Positions 25,675 to 38,264 of a stretch of 64,000 nt of DNA are shown here, in pieces. Made by a program: the position numbers and the translations under genes. Every line of letters starts with the position of its first letter. Position 1 is the first letter of the stretch. The stretch comes from Fistulifera solaris (Eukaryota), in the NCBI GenBank assembly GCA_030295235.1, contig AP026145.1, positions 186,001 to 250,000 of the forward strand. Reading direction: 5' to 3'. The notes under the pieces were generated by a model. The model saw only the letters and a list, made by a program, of their open reading frames with translations. It was not told the origin of the DNA and did no database searches.

Positions 25675-28451
25675 CTACAACCAATTTATCTTGGTCGTGT
25701 GCGGCAAAGTCGCCGCCCATCCAGGCAGATCTACTGATAAATCCAAGTCTTGCAACACCTTAGGCTCGTCGTTACTACTTTTCCTTTCCAAAATGGACAT
25801 TTTATATTTCCAAGCATGCAACTGAATGCTGTGTCCTCCTTGTAGTAATTGTGCTGATGTGAATGCACTATGCATATCCCGACAAGCTGCACAGACCGAC
25901 TTTGCCGCCTCTGCTTCCTTGACATCGATGACATCATCTGCACTCTCTTCGACATGAAGCTCATGTGCGCGTGACATGGCAGAGAGCACACGATCCAGCG
26001 GTACGGGAGAAATCGGTTCGCTACTGCCGTACTGCAAATCGCCGACAATGGCATGTCCGAGGGCTTGCAAATGAACACGCAATTGATGATTGCGTCCAGT
26101 GAGGGACTACACAGCACCAACGATGTGTCGTCACTTTCGGTGTAGTTCAGTAATTGAAAACGACTGACAGCCGGTTTCCCGTAAACGGCATCTATGATAC
26201 GAATACCGTTGGCAGGGTCGCTCGTATGAATGGGTGCCGAACATTCTAGGATGATTCTATCTTCCATATTTTCGACACTATTCGTTGGTCCTGCCACCAA
26301 ACGGCACTGTAATACGCCACTGCGTCGGCGCTGTTCTTCATGTTGTACAAGTTGCTTTCCATCGAAACGACCGTGTACCATGGCGATGTACAACTTTCGC
26401 ATTTGTTGTTGGTTCATCTCGGAATGAAACCATCGCGCATGCGTAGGGTCTGGTGTACAGAGCAATAGTCCAGATGTGACCCGATCAATACGATGAAGTG
26501 GATGTATCGATACAGTCCTGTCGCTTGCCATCTGCCCTTGTAATAGCTGGACGAGAGAATTGTGGTTGTATGGACCAGCAGGATGCACGGGTACAGTCGT
26601 TGGTTTGTTACAGACCCATAAAGTCGGGTCATTCAACCGGTAGTGCGAAACAACCGCTTCGGAGAGCATCACTTTTTGTAGTGGAATGTCACCTTCCGGT
26701 AGTACAATAGGTGCTTCATGCACATGGGAGATTCGTAACAATGAAGAATCGCTGGTGTGCAGCAGACGGTGTTCACTAACGATAGGTTCCGTCTCGTTGA
26801 TCCGCAACAAACCTAGCCCCATACACTCAGAAAGATATGGTGGGTTCCATTCTCGTTGTATAACCTGCAATGCGGATTGGCCTCGCCACGCCGGCTTGAT
26901 GCGACACGACAAATTACGAGTGACTGGTGGTGGAACGCGTAAGTCACCTAGTCGATACGCGGTTGGTGGCCCTACCGTCTCACAACCATTTTTCCGGCAG
27001 ATCGACAAATTTTGGTTCGTTTCATCGCATTGCTTTCCTGATGTCGCCTTCAGTGTAGTTGAAGGCGACGACTCGTTTTCGGCAACCTCCTGTTTCTGCT
27101 CCAATCGCTGTTTCCGCTTCAAACTGTAAAATCCCCAACACTTTCCGGAACAATCAGTGTCTCCACAATTTCGACAAACGCTGGCCACGTCGTCTGGCGC
27201 AGCCCCACGGTGATTCTGCACATAATGTTGAATCTTTTGCATTTGTTTCCAAATCGTTTTTCGCTTTTGTTTGTATTTCTTTCCCACTTGTATAGTTTCG
27301 TACAACGCTTGCAATTGATGATATTGCTCCATCAACTGTGCTTCGGAAAAGCGCGTCAAGTTGGAAAAGTAGCAATTTTGGAGATGCGCATGCGCATGGC
27401 AATGATATTCGGAATGCGCGACACGACATGAATCACAAATCAAGACGGGTTCTCGACACACGGTGCAGACGCAATCCATGGATTGGTCGTACGGTGATTG
27501 ACACAGACGACATTGCCCCACTACTTCGTCATTGCCATCAAAGTGTTTCCGACCGTCGAAAACGAAGTTCTTGCCTTTCCATAATGATGGAGCATCACCT
27601 TTATTTTCATCGCCTTTGGGAATCACAAAGGCTTCCAAGTATTTGTGAATTCCACCTTGTAAATGCTTGACATTCTGTACGGTCGGTACCGTATGACGGA
27701 TAAACGCCGATGCCTTTTCACACCGCACACCACCGGTACAATACATGCGTACTTGTTTTCCTTCTAGATGGTGGGCATTCTTTTGAACCCAGGGAATGAA
27801 TTGTTGAAACGTGGTGGTTTGGGGGTTGATGGCGTGAACGAAATGGCCGAGTTGATATTCCTTGTCGTTGCGACAATCAATCCAAACCGTATTATTGTGA
27901 TCGGCTTGTAACAGCTCCTGATGCCATTCTGTGGGTGACATGTAACCTTCTCCCGTTTCTGAAAGAGAAATGTTGGAAAAGACACCACCCGTATTGATGA
28001 GTTCTTTTGTCTTTCGTATGAACAAATCGGGAAAAAGAGACGGTTGTTGTGATGTACCTTCACCATTTTGTGCAGTCAAACCCTCTACATTGACGTCGAT
28101 ATCATCTTCTTTCACTTCAGAATGTTTAAAGTCTTCATATTTCATGCGCAACTCCGGACAGGGTGTATTCTTCCAATATTCTTGTACGGCTGTCACTCGC
28201 TCGTCAGGACAATTCATAGCATCATTTTCCTCCCTGCATTTCGCCGTATCGTCGCGCACGAGCGCCCGAATGAATGCTTGTAGCGATTCTCTTTCATGAG
28301 ACGCCAACGTACCGTTGATTCCCTCCGGTGCGACCAAGATGCGTCCTCGCAAATGCAAATGCGAACACAATTGATGCAAGGTCTCTCGTAATGCGTCGAC
28401 CTGCTCGTCGACAGGGTAATATTGATAGAAGAGAATGACGTATTGGGGCAT
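25675..28451 (-). CDS. Fusion of TrhO/TSTD2-type rhodanese and RluA-family pseudouridine synthase; apparent frameshift near 26103
   Basis: LFYQY, LRGRILVAPEGINGT, DCRNDKEYQLGHF, MYCTGGVRCEKA, LQGGIHKY, GKNFVFDGR; then NKP..VPVHP, HRIDRVTSG, and (adding one C) PLTGRNHQLRVHLQALGHAIVGD. Confidence 0.9.
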
Positions 28452-28574
28452 CTCTGGCTGTGTTGTGTGAGTGTTTAGATAATGTTTGTTCTTTGTACAA
28501 TGTTATTAGCCTTCAAAGTAAGTTGGCATAGATACCATCTTTTGTTTTTGGTGTGCGAACGAGAAGTCTAAAGT

Positions 28575-29000
28575 AGCTGGACCAGAAAATTTTTGGCCCT
28601 GGTTTTCCTTACAACAGAAAATCTGGTTGTACTTCATTTCTACAGACAACTGGGGAGGTCCAGAAATTCTGGACCAGTTGTATTTTATTCATACAGAAAA
28701 TCTGGACTGGTCCATCTGGATTGGTCCAGAAATTTTGGACCACTTCTTGTATTTCAATCATACAGAAAATCTGGGGCGGTCCAGAAATTCTGGACCAACT
28801 GCATTTCATTCAAACAGAAAATCTGGTAGACTAGTTTCCAGAAATTCTGGACCAGATTTATTTCATTCAGTCAGAAAGTCTGGGGCTTTCCAGAAATTCT
28901 TGACCAGCTGTATTTCGTTCGAACAGAAAATCTGGGGTGGTCCAGAAATTCTGGAACCGCTGTTTTTCACGGAGTATTCACTTCCCCGATTTTCTGGAAA
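28575..29000. repeat. Degenerate minisatellite (about 52-66 bp units, about 7 copies) built from quasi-palindromic CCAGAAATTCTGG/CAGAAAATCTGG
   Basis: Alternating tccagaaattctgga and acagaaaatctgg motifs throughout. Confidence 0.88.
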
Positions 29001-29214
29001 CGTGATAACACGGCACGCCCCAATATTTATTTTTTTACAAGTTGCGTGTCGCGTAGGGTCTAATTTTTGTTTTTCTCGTCGCTCTCGCACCGAATGTCAT
29101 GCTCTCGCAGTTCTTTCATACTACGAATTATATTGCATTCGACGGTCCTAGCCTTCTTTCTTCTTCTGTTTCTGTCCTTTCTTCTTTTCTCATTCGTAGC
29201 ATCTTTCCATTATA

Positions 29215-30573
29215 ATGACGGCAGCAAGCAATTCACACAGCAATTCAAGAACCGATCGAAACCTTCGCAGTCCTGTAAGTTCTTTGGTTGTATTCTACAT
29301 AGCCCATCATTTACTTGATCACGAAAATAAGTCTTACTATCTTCCTCTTCATACAAATACACAGTCATCTCCGGAACAAGGAGGAGTGGAATCATCACAC
29401 CGTAACTCAACCGCAACCACTTCCGCAACGACCAATCACCATCATCATGCGAATACTTCTACTGCCACAACAACACACGGAAAATTGTTACAATTCTTGC
29501 ATTTAATGACGACTATGCTGCGTTTATTGTTGTGGCCGGTACGGAAATTCATGACGCATTTGTTTGATTATTTACCATCCAATGATCCATCTTTGGATGG
29601 CTTATCTCCGACGGTCACCGCGAAAGCCGCGCAACAATTTGTGCAACTCGTGTCTTCCTTGACGACGACGGAGCAACAACAACAGCAGTTTTGGCAAACA
29701 CTGGGATTTACGGCACTCCAACAACAAGCGACACAAGAAGGAAAATTGTTATTGGTCTATTTGCATGCTCCGTTGCATCGACAAGCCAATCATGTATTGC
29801 AACAATTTGCTTCGCAAACGCATATGTTCAATTCACAACAACAACAACTTGTATTGGCTCTAGGAGTCAGTGTTCATACCGCTCTGGGAACTCATTTGCA
29901 ACATTCCCTACAAGCCACGGCATTGCCGGCTCTGTTTGTCTTGCAACCGTCCACGACGGTCTCACGACCGATGCTATTGTTGGTGCGCGTGCAAGGACCG
30001 GCGCTCGTACAGTACTGTCAATCCCCTCCCACCATGGCACCGCTCCTTCAAATCCTCCAATCGGCCGTTCAACGCCACCAAACCGTCTTGGCGGAACAAT
30101 TGGCACGACAGTGGCAACGACAAGAAGAAATGGCGTTGCGGCAACAACAAGATGAGGAATATCAAGCGGCCTTGCTGGCGGATCAAGAACGAGAACGATT
30201 GGCGCAACAGGCGAAGCGGGAACAGGAAGAACAGTTGCAACGGGAACAAATGGCGTTGCAAGAACAAGAAACTCGCTTGCAACAAGCCAAAGCACAGCTT
30301 CGTCCGGAACCGGATAGTACGACACCGAGTGCCATGGTGCGATTCGTATTGCCGTCGGGACAGAAAATCAATCGACGCTTCCATGCGGATGATACCATTG
30401 GCACAGTGCGATCCTTCTTGATGGTGTATTTTCATGAAAACGAGATTCCGATTCAAAATGTGCGATTATCGACGAATTTTCCGAAACAGCATTATGATGA
30501 TGATGCGGTGTCCTTGCAAGAAGGTGGATTGGTCCCACAAGCTGTTTTGATGGTGCAAGATTTGGATGCGTAA
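29215..30573 (+). CDS. UBX-domain protein (FAF2/UBXD8/PUX10-like: UAS, coiled coil, UBX)
   Basis: KLLLVYLHAPLH, LRQQQDEEYQAALLADQER, VRFVLPSGQKINRRF, LSTNFP, LQEGGLVPQAVLMV. Start uncertain. Confidence 0.9.
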   Translation: MTAASNSHSNSRTDRNLRSPVSSLVVFYIAHHLLDHENKSYYLPLHTNTQSSPEQGGVESSHRNSTATTSATTNHHHHANTSTATTTHGKLLQFLHLMTTMLRLLLWPVRKFMTHLFDYLPSNDPSLDGLSPTVTAKAAQQFVQLVSSLTTTEQQQQQFWQTLGFTALQQQATQEGKLLLVYLHAPLHRQANHVLQQFASQTHMFNSQQQQLVLALGVSVHTALGTHLQHSLQATALPALFVLQPSTTVSRPMLLLVRVQGPALVQYCQSPPTMAPLLQILQSAVQRHQTVLAEQLARQWQRQEEMALRQQQDEEYQAALLADQERERLAQQAKREQEEQLQREQMALQEQETRLQQAKAQLRPEPDSTTPSAMVRFVLPSGQKINRRFHADDTIGTVRSFLMVYFHENEIPIQNVRLSTNFPKQHYDDDAVSLQEGGLVPQAVLMVQDLDA

Positions 30574-30832
30574 GGAAAAATAAAAGGTAAATTTTAGATT
30601 ACTGAATAAACGAATGAATGAATAATAATGATTGTTCTGTGGATCATTAGAAGTTTTCCGGGTCAGTCTTCGGGCATCAATAATCAAACAATCATTTGAA
30701 GCACCAGCGTAGCGATAAGAATAGTAATCGTATTACAACATAGTGTGTGATATTATTACCCTCTTCTATTACCAAGTTGAATCAACATTCACTCGCCCTA
30801 CCATAACAAAAATCCCAAATTACTCCGTAATT

Positions 30833-31777
30833 TTATTCCATTTGCGACGGTTCTTGTCCCTCTCCTCCTTCGTTCGCCTTCTTTTCCAAACGCAAACACG
30901 TTCCATCTTCGTAAATACCCAACGCCCGACACCCGTCGGCCCAGTATTGTTTTCCGCCACTCGCATTGTCCCGACGCACCCGCAGTTTGCGGAGTTCCAT
31001 CTTGATTTGCGTGGGAATGTGTTGACACGCTTGACACAAATGACTCCCCGCCATGTTTTGTGCGGCTTGGTAGACCCCAAACAACTTGGCGGGATAGTAC
31101 ACGGCCCCGCGTCCCCGCGTCCGCAACGGATACGCCGCACAATGGCGACAACGGAGACCGACTTGTCCCAAGACGACGGGTTTTTTGCGGCCCTGCGTGT
31201 TGGATTCGACATCTTCTTGCGTCGCTTCAAAGACTTCGAGTTGTCGACGCACCAGTATTTGGTATTCGGACAACTGTTCGGTATCACAGGACATGCTCAA
31301 GACGATGCCCGCCGACCGGGGTTTGGTGGGTCGACCGGGCGGGGCTCCTCCGTACATGGGCATGAAGCCCGGATATCCGTAGGGTGGCATCATCATGTGC
31401 GGGGGCGGAGGGAACATTCCCGGTGGGAACGGAGATCCGTACTCGGCACTACTTTTCGTTTCGTCGGCTTTTTCTTCACTTTGTCGTTGTTTCTTGGAGC
31501 GGGGTGGCAACGGCATCGGAGCATTCTGATAACCGGGGAAACTGCCCGGAGGCATTCCCATATACGCCATCGGATGATACGGCGGTGGCATGGGAGGATA
31601 TCCCGGGTAATTGTAGTTGGGATACTGCGCCATGTTGTTGTTTCCCGCACTGTTGGGTGTTGATTCCTCTTCTCCTTTGCGCTTGGCGGCCGGAGTCGAT
31701 TCACCTTCGTTATTATTGTTTGTTAGAGCGCCTCCTTCTTCTTCCTCGTCTTCTTCTTTGGTTCGTTTTCCCGCCAT
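30833..31777 (-). CDS. Hypothetical, probably nuclear, protein with Pro/Met/Tyr-rich region and a Cys/His domain common in diatom proteins
   Basis: LSEYQILVRRQLEVFEAT...GRKKPVVLGQVGLRCRHC...GAVYYP...AQNMAGSHL...C..IP; basic NLS-like patches. Confidence 0.75.
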   Translation of the reverse strand: MAGKRTKEEDEEEEGGALTNNNNEGESTPAAKRKGEEESTPNSAGNNNMAQYPNYNYPGYPPMPPPYHPMAYMGMPPGSFPGYQNAPMPLPPRSKKQRQSEEKADETKSSAEYGSPFPPGMFPPPPHMMMPPYGYPGFMPMYGGAPPGRPTKPRSAGIVLSMSCDTEQLSEYQILVRRQLEVFEATQEDVESNTQGRKKPVVLGQVGLRCRHCAAYPLRTRGRGAVYYPAKLFGVYQAAQNMAGSHLCQACQHIPTQIKMELRKLRVRRDNASGGKQYWADGCRALGIYEDGTCLRLEKKANEGGEGQEPSQME

Positions 31778-32588
31778 TTTGGAATCCTTTTCTGTAGTTG
31801 ACACAAAAAAGTGAGCGTGATTGTTTCTTTTTCTCATTGAGAGACATGCGCATTGTTGCTAGCACGAGTCTAGTAATATAACGTACCTTCCCGTGTGAGT
31901 TCAGCTTCTTCTTTCGACATGATGTCTTTTCTTTTCGTTTCAAGTTTTCTGAAGCGGGTTTTGTGTTATTAGATGATGCGAAATGCCGATCCCTTCCGAT
32001 GCAAGAGGAAAGGAGAAATCGCAATACTATTCAAATGAACAAGAGGACGAAGAGGACGGTTTTTGTTGATGATGGTGCGAACGTTGGCTGGTGTCGTAAA
32101 ACGCAGCAAGAAGTTCCCCACTTGCGAGGGAGAACGAAGAGGATGTTTTTGGCGGCGATTTTGGTATGAAAGAAAATGTACTATGTATTTTTATCTATGC
32201 CATAGTATAATAAAAATTTGCAAATCCTACTACCTAACTACATTTCGTCAACGGCTTTTTATCTCCGTTGTATTCACTTGCAAGTTTAAGTAGCAAAACT
32301 CCATTCGGGACAAAGGACAAAGACAATGCTTTCATGAATGAACCTTAAATTCAGTCCAGCACTGGAGCAGGGTACGTGCGACGTACGTACGGGAGCGGGA
32401 GCGCATTATTTTTTTTTGTTTGGATTTGATTGCAATCAAAGCGGCCATAGGTCAATCGAAGACAACCAGTTAACATTACCTAGTAGAGTAAAGTTGCTTG
32501 TTGATCGGTATGGTTATTGAACGACAATAATCAACTGCTTTTTCAAGGACGCTACTTGTGTGAAGACAGCGACGGCAAGCCAGATACA

Positions 32589-34151
32589 ATGGACGAATTC
32601 GAACGAGATACGCGAAGAAAAAGTAGAAGAATAAGCAATGATTCGCAACCTTTCGATCTACTTTCGTCCTTAAAGCGTAGCAGCCGAAAACGACATTCAA
32701 ATCAGCGCTCTTTGCTCTTACCGTGCTTATTGGGACTCATTCTTTGGTTTCCGTCAGCATACGCCTTCTCTTCCATGACAACAACACTCTTCAACCATAA
32801 ATCACTCTATCGTCGTCTTTCGACGCACCGCCCGTTGCATTCATTGCAAACAGTCGACAGTCCGGAGCCGGACAAGTTGACAACATGGCAATCTACACTC
32901 ACCACTGGGTCTCAGCGAGTTCTAACAAGCATACACGCATCGCCATGGTTGCAATTGATCACCGTCTTTGTTGGCTACATATTCCATCTGGTTTATTTGA
33001 CGCAACGACAATTCATTTTTCCGATACAATGGTGGGCTTCTCCGGGAAACGAATGGAGAGCGTATCGATATTTTGTGGGGATAGGTTATGACTCGCTAGC
33101 GGGTATCTTCGCACTGCTGTTTTATTATCAACGATTTCGTTCACCCACCCAGCCACCAATGTTGGTGCCGCAGAAAATGCCATGGAAATTCCCTCCCGCG
33201 CCTTCACCGACCACCGAAGCAGCTACCAATTTAGTGGAAGCGATTCGGAATCAATATTCGTGGCCTCATGTTGTACATCGTGCCACGTTCCTCTGGACGG
33301 CCGTCTGTCTCATTACCGCGTATTTTGCGACAGGACGATTCAGTCTCTTTGGCAAGATATGTTGTATGAACTGTCTGCCAAGGGATTTCCGTTGACGACT
33401 CCGCAATTTCGCGCGTGGTCGGTGTTGTTGGGACATTTGTCGTGGGTAGGAGTGGGTTCCGCCTTGTTGTTTCTCTTTCCCTTTGCTCCCCGATTCTTTC
33501 GATCAGCGTTTCCGCGCGATTTGACGTCTTCGAACAGCGAACAGTTGTCCAAGAAACCTTGGCACTGGTTTCGATTTCAGTTTCGTAAGCCGCAAAACGG
33601 TCAATCCGTGTGGGTTTGGTGGTAAGTACCCATGAATTGTATCTTTTCCAGCATTGTGGAGTTTCTGACTTTAGTTGCTTCATCCTTTTCGTGAAACTAG
33701 GGTATTGGGTGGCTATTGTGTCAGTTGCTGGTTATTCAATCTTGCCGATTGGGCCAATCATTTTTTATTACCCGACGCCGTTTTAAAGTTGTCCAGTGAA
33801 TCCGTCGTGTCGCAGCTGGTGGCGCCCGAATTCAACGACCGAACCGCGTCGTTGATAGGCTACATTGCGCCCTGTTTATCGGCCCCTCTGTGGGAGGAAC
33901 TGCTGTACCGTGGCTTCTTGTTACCCGGATTGTGGAGTTGCTTGTTTCGACATAATTTTAGCTTGGCCGCCCTCGTGCAGGCAGTGGTGTTTTCCGCGCA
34001 TCACATGTCTCTGGTCGCTGCATTACCGTTGGCTGTACTCGGATATGTCTGGGCTGTTTTGTATGGGCTGAGTGGAAATCTTTGGACGGTGTGTCTCGTG
34101 CACGCACTCTGGAATTCCAGGGTCTTTCTGACCGGCTGGTTAGGTCTATGA
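32589..34151 (+). CDS. CPBP (type II CAAX / Abi) intramembrane glutamic metalloprotease; intron 33622-33700, apparent frameshift near 33350
   Basis: APLWEELLYRGFL, FSAHH and HALWN motifs; multiple TM segments; GT-AG intron in phase. Start uncertain. Confidence 0.85.
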
Positions 34152-34338
34152 TATATGACCTGAAAATAGAACGCTCATTTAGTTTGACGGAGGGAAAGGA
34201 AGTCACGCGTTTGCTGGCTACATTCAATCACTTTCCAAATCATTTGTCGCATATTAATGAACAACCTTTTTATTTAGCTTTGTTTATTAGCATTATCGTC
34301 TATTGTTTACAAGGAATCAGAACGAGTTCATCGCTTGC

Positions 34339-36179
34339 TCATGCTATTGCGGGTTTCAGCCTCCCGTATATTTTCTTTTGACGATTCAGACGTCTCTGGA
34401 AGCGCTTTCGTGCAATACGAAATCGCCTTGAAAGATTGAGCCCACGACGAAAACGCCGCACTCGATCTAAAATCGATGTTTTCCATGTCAATCGCAATAG
34501 TTCTAGCACTCCTTGCCACGGACGGAGAATAGGATCATTGTCGTCATCTTCATATTGTAACGCCAATGTTGACGCAGCCTGCATTGCCGCCTCAGCGTCC
34601 ACTTCACATCGCGCTTTCGACACGGAAGCAGCGGCGGCGAAAAAGAGCCGAAAGGGCCGGAAAGCTGGCAACTGCCACAGCTTGTAATAAAGTGGATCCA
34701 AAAGTCCCCGTCGCAGCCAAAGATTCAAGAAAAGGTAATTCGACAAGTGCTGCAGTGGCAGCCGCACAAAAACCACTCAAGGCGGACGTGAAAGGCAAGA
34801 TGGCCGACGATCGAGCACCTTGATTGGCATAGGTATCACAAACAGCAGCACTGCGTGCCTTGAGAGCGACCGCGTCCGTAGCTCGCGCTATGTCTCCTTC
34901 GGCTCGGGCGAGATAGTAGGCCGATTGCACAGCCGCCAATGCAGCTACAACAATTGTTTTGGTGGGAAGTGCGCCAGGGACCAACGATCCGAGAACCGGA
35001 GCTGGAAGCATCGATAAACTAAAAATTTTCCAGCGAGAGCTCAACGTCCTGCTTTTCCGCTCAATCATTTCCGAACTGGACAACCACGACCGACCAACTA
35101 GACCAGAACGTGCAAACCGCCTATTTCCTACGCCAATCGCTTGTCGACAAAACGAACCGCTTTCTTCAAACGCGAGACTGGCTACGGCTGCCGACAAAAT
35201 TGCCACCAGCGGACAAAACAAGTACACTTCGGTCGTTACTTGTACCGACGCCGAGAGCGAGTCCAATAATACCGGAACCAGCAAAGCCAACGTCGCCGCA
35301 GTCGCCCCAATACCGACACACAACGGTGTAATGGCCTTGGCACGTTCCGCTTGTGCCAGAAAACTTTCGGCTTCGGCCGCACATTGAATACACGACGCCG
35401 CAATTTCCTTGCCGTCGGCCACCGCCACACGACCCGTGTATTCGGCACCAATGCCAATCGCCGCCGTCAATGCCGCCGCCGAAGGAGCTAAGACTCCTGT
35501 GACATGTCCATTTAATAAAAATGGACCACTGGCCGCCGTGAGAACAGCACTCGACAACAAAGAAAACTCCAGCATGGAAAGCTGCGGCTTTTGACCGGCC
35601 AATCGATCCAATTGTTGCACTGCAAAAGTCAAAGTCCAATTGCTTTTAGAGTGAGCATTGTTGAAAGGATACAACAATACACAGCACTCTTACTTTGTGC
35701 ACTTACTATCTTGTTCCAAATTCGCCAAAGCCTCCCATACTTGTCGTTCTTTGGCAGGATTTTTGATTGATATAATTTTTGTACTTGTCGGGCAGTTCCG
35801 AATTCTGTACCGCAAACGATTCTTGATATTCCAACAATTGTCGTCGCTGATTGTTAATGACGGAACCACCAATGCCGTCTATTTGCAACGACGATGAAAC
35901 ACTTTTTACACTACTACTTCGTCGATTTCGTGATTGCTCAAATTCTCCTTCTTTCCCCGCCACACGAGACCCCAGCCATTGTACTCGACTGAGAGCATTG
36001 TCACCAGCGTCTGCGGCAAATGAAACGATTGAAGAAAGCAACCCAGGAGTAGAGGCCGCAGTATTCATTTTCATAGAAAGAGCCGATGCCGATGGAGAAA
36101 GAAACGTCGAAACGAGGACAGTGGCGACAAGCATATTGCTGTGACGAGTCCGTCGCTTTGTTTCAGTCCGCCTTGACAT
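34339..36179 (-). CDS. Hypothetical Ala-rich multi-pass membrane protein with signal peptide; intron 35620-35706 and two apparent frameshifts
   Basis: Four consecutive minus-strand ORFs joinable by one intron and two indels; hydrophobic N-terminus MLVATVLVSTFLSPSASA. Confidence 0.65.
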
Positions 36180-36932
36180 GCTATTATGATAAATATATGA
36201 TATCTTTGAGTCTAAAGAACGGTAAAATGCGGGGATCTAGCGTTGTAATGATGAATAAGGCATGCAATAATCATGCATTTATAGCGGTCAACGCAAAAAT
36301 CGTTCATCCAAGAATTCGGAGTGAGTGGCTGTTCATACGTCATCGGCCTCCATCAGTGTGTCGTGATTGTGCGTCAGGCCCACGACTATGTCGCAGTGAT
36401 GATGCTCTCTCACTGACTATAGGCCCTTGTGTATGTTACTTTTTTACGACTGCAGTTCAGTCATGAATTAGTAAAAAGCGAGACGTCTTGCCACAAGAAA
36501 GCCACTCGTTGTGCTAGATTCGTTAGCTATATTAGCCGTAACAGCAATGCTATTATCCTAAGTTTCATTACAACACACGAGACGGTTCTTAACGTAGAAA
36601 CTTTGATCGAATTACCATTGGTCAGTTGACTATTGGTTCAAGTGTTGTATCCTGTCAACTTTACCAAGAATGCATTGAATCTTCATTCCTTCTTCTAGTA
36701 AAATAAGCTGAAATAGTCATTATTACTGTGACAGTATGTTCGGAAGCTTCTGACATGCACGCAATGATTCGTCACCTCTATGTCTATAGTAGTTGTAAAT
36801 GGTTATCCCTAACCCTTTCGCTTATTAGACGAGGATGCGCTTTTATTGGCTCATTTTTCACCGCATCATTCTTTGTCTTGTTGCAGTTGAAGGGATCTTT
36901 CTCTTTAACCTTACCAGTATTATTGATTCAAT

Positions 36933-38146
36933 ATGACCACCATGTCTTGGTTCTGGATTTTACCACCAGCATTAGCGCTGATTTATTCCGTTGCCGCGGA
37001 ACTATTTTTATTTCTGTGGTGGGAAAGCACATTTCTTCGTCACGGCGCCATATCGCAACGACTCGTCGTGACCATGGCTTGTGTCGCTACCATTTTGGCT
37101 CCGCGACACGACCATCCAGCGCTGTTGGGGGTGAAAATCAGTATTTTATTGGCGTCACTTTACTTTTTGTACGATACACGAACATACGTGGTGCAAGGCG
37201 GTCCGCCGCCTCCTCTGACGACGCCGACTTCCTCGTCGTCGCGCGTGATTGTCATTACGGGTGCCAATACGGGCATTGGCAAGGAAACGGCACGACTTTT
37301 GGCTTCCGAACAGACCACGATCATTCTAGCGTGTCGAAGTGTCGTCAAAGCACAACAAGCAGTCGAGGATATTCGTCAACACAAACCGAACGCCCGTATC
37401 GAATGTGTCGAAATGGATCTCAGTTCCTTGACGTCCGTGCGAAACGCGGCAAAACAATTGTTAGAGAAATATCCCGTCATTGATGTGTTAATCAACAATG
37501 CGGGTCTCATGCATGCTCAATACGAGTTGACGCAAGATGGATACGAACAGGTATTTCAAGTCAATCATTTGGGACATTATTTGTGGACACGATTGCTCTT
37601 GCCATCGGTACTTCAATCGTCCAATCCCAAAATCATCAATGTCACCAGTAGTACGTACATTTTAGGCACACGCGAAACTACACAAAACAACAACACGACA
37701 GTCTTTCCATTTCACGATTTGCAGTGCAATCAAGAACGAGCCTATACCTTGTTTGGACAATACGGTGTCTCCAAATTGGCCAATATTTATTTTACCCTTT
37801 CGTTGGCGCAGAAATATACCCACATTCAATGTTGTGCGGTTCATCCGGGATTGGTACGAACCGATGTCGTCCGCAACATGCCGTGGTATTTGCGGTATCC
37901 GAATCAAATCTTTGGTCTCTTGATTCAAGCCTTACAAAAACACCGACCCAAGGGGCGTGGGGGACCGTCCATGCGACCAATATGAATGTACAATCGGGAT
38001 TGTATTGGGTGAATCGGAAACCACAGCCATTGCGAGGTGTGACACCGATCCAAGTCGCGGAAGAAGCGGAGCAGTTGTGGATCGAATCTGCGAAGTTAGT
38101 CCAGCTTCCTCCCCACGATGATGCTAGTTTAGCAATGAAACAATAA
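36933..38146 (+). CDS. Short-chain dehydrogenase/reductase (RDH12/WWOX-like) with N-terminal TM segments; frameshift near 37940
   Basis: ITGANTGIG, ILACRS, DLSSL, LINNAG, FQVNHLGHY, YGVSKLAN, VHPGLVRT. Confidence 0.92.
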
Positions 38147-38264
38147 ACAACACCGCACAAATTTCACTTCATTACAACTAGCTCAACTTTTTCTTTTGCT
38201 TAACATCTTATCTATGTATCTTGGTGGCTCTCTTTTTCTTCTTGTTCATTCCGTGACATAAGCT

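Noticed and set aside
28575..29000. CRISPR-like palindromic repeat-spacer array, or the 174-aa ORF 28627..29151
   Set aside because: The sequences between motifs are homologous to each other; the ORF has a non-ATG start and is a by-product of the repeat.
30743..31663. 306-aa plus-strand ORF
   Set aside because: Antisense shadow of the minus-strand gene, with no protein-like motifs.
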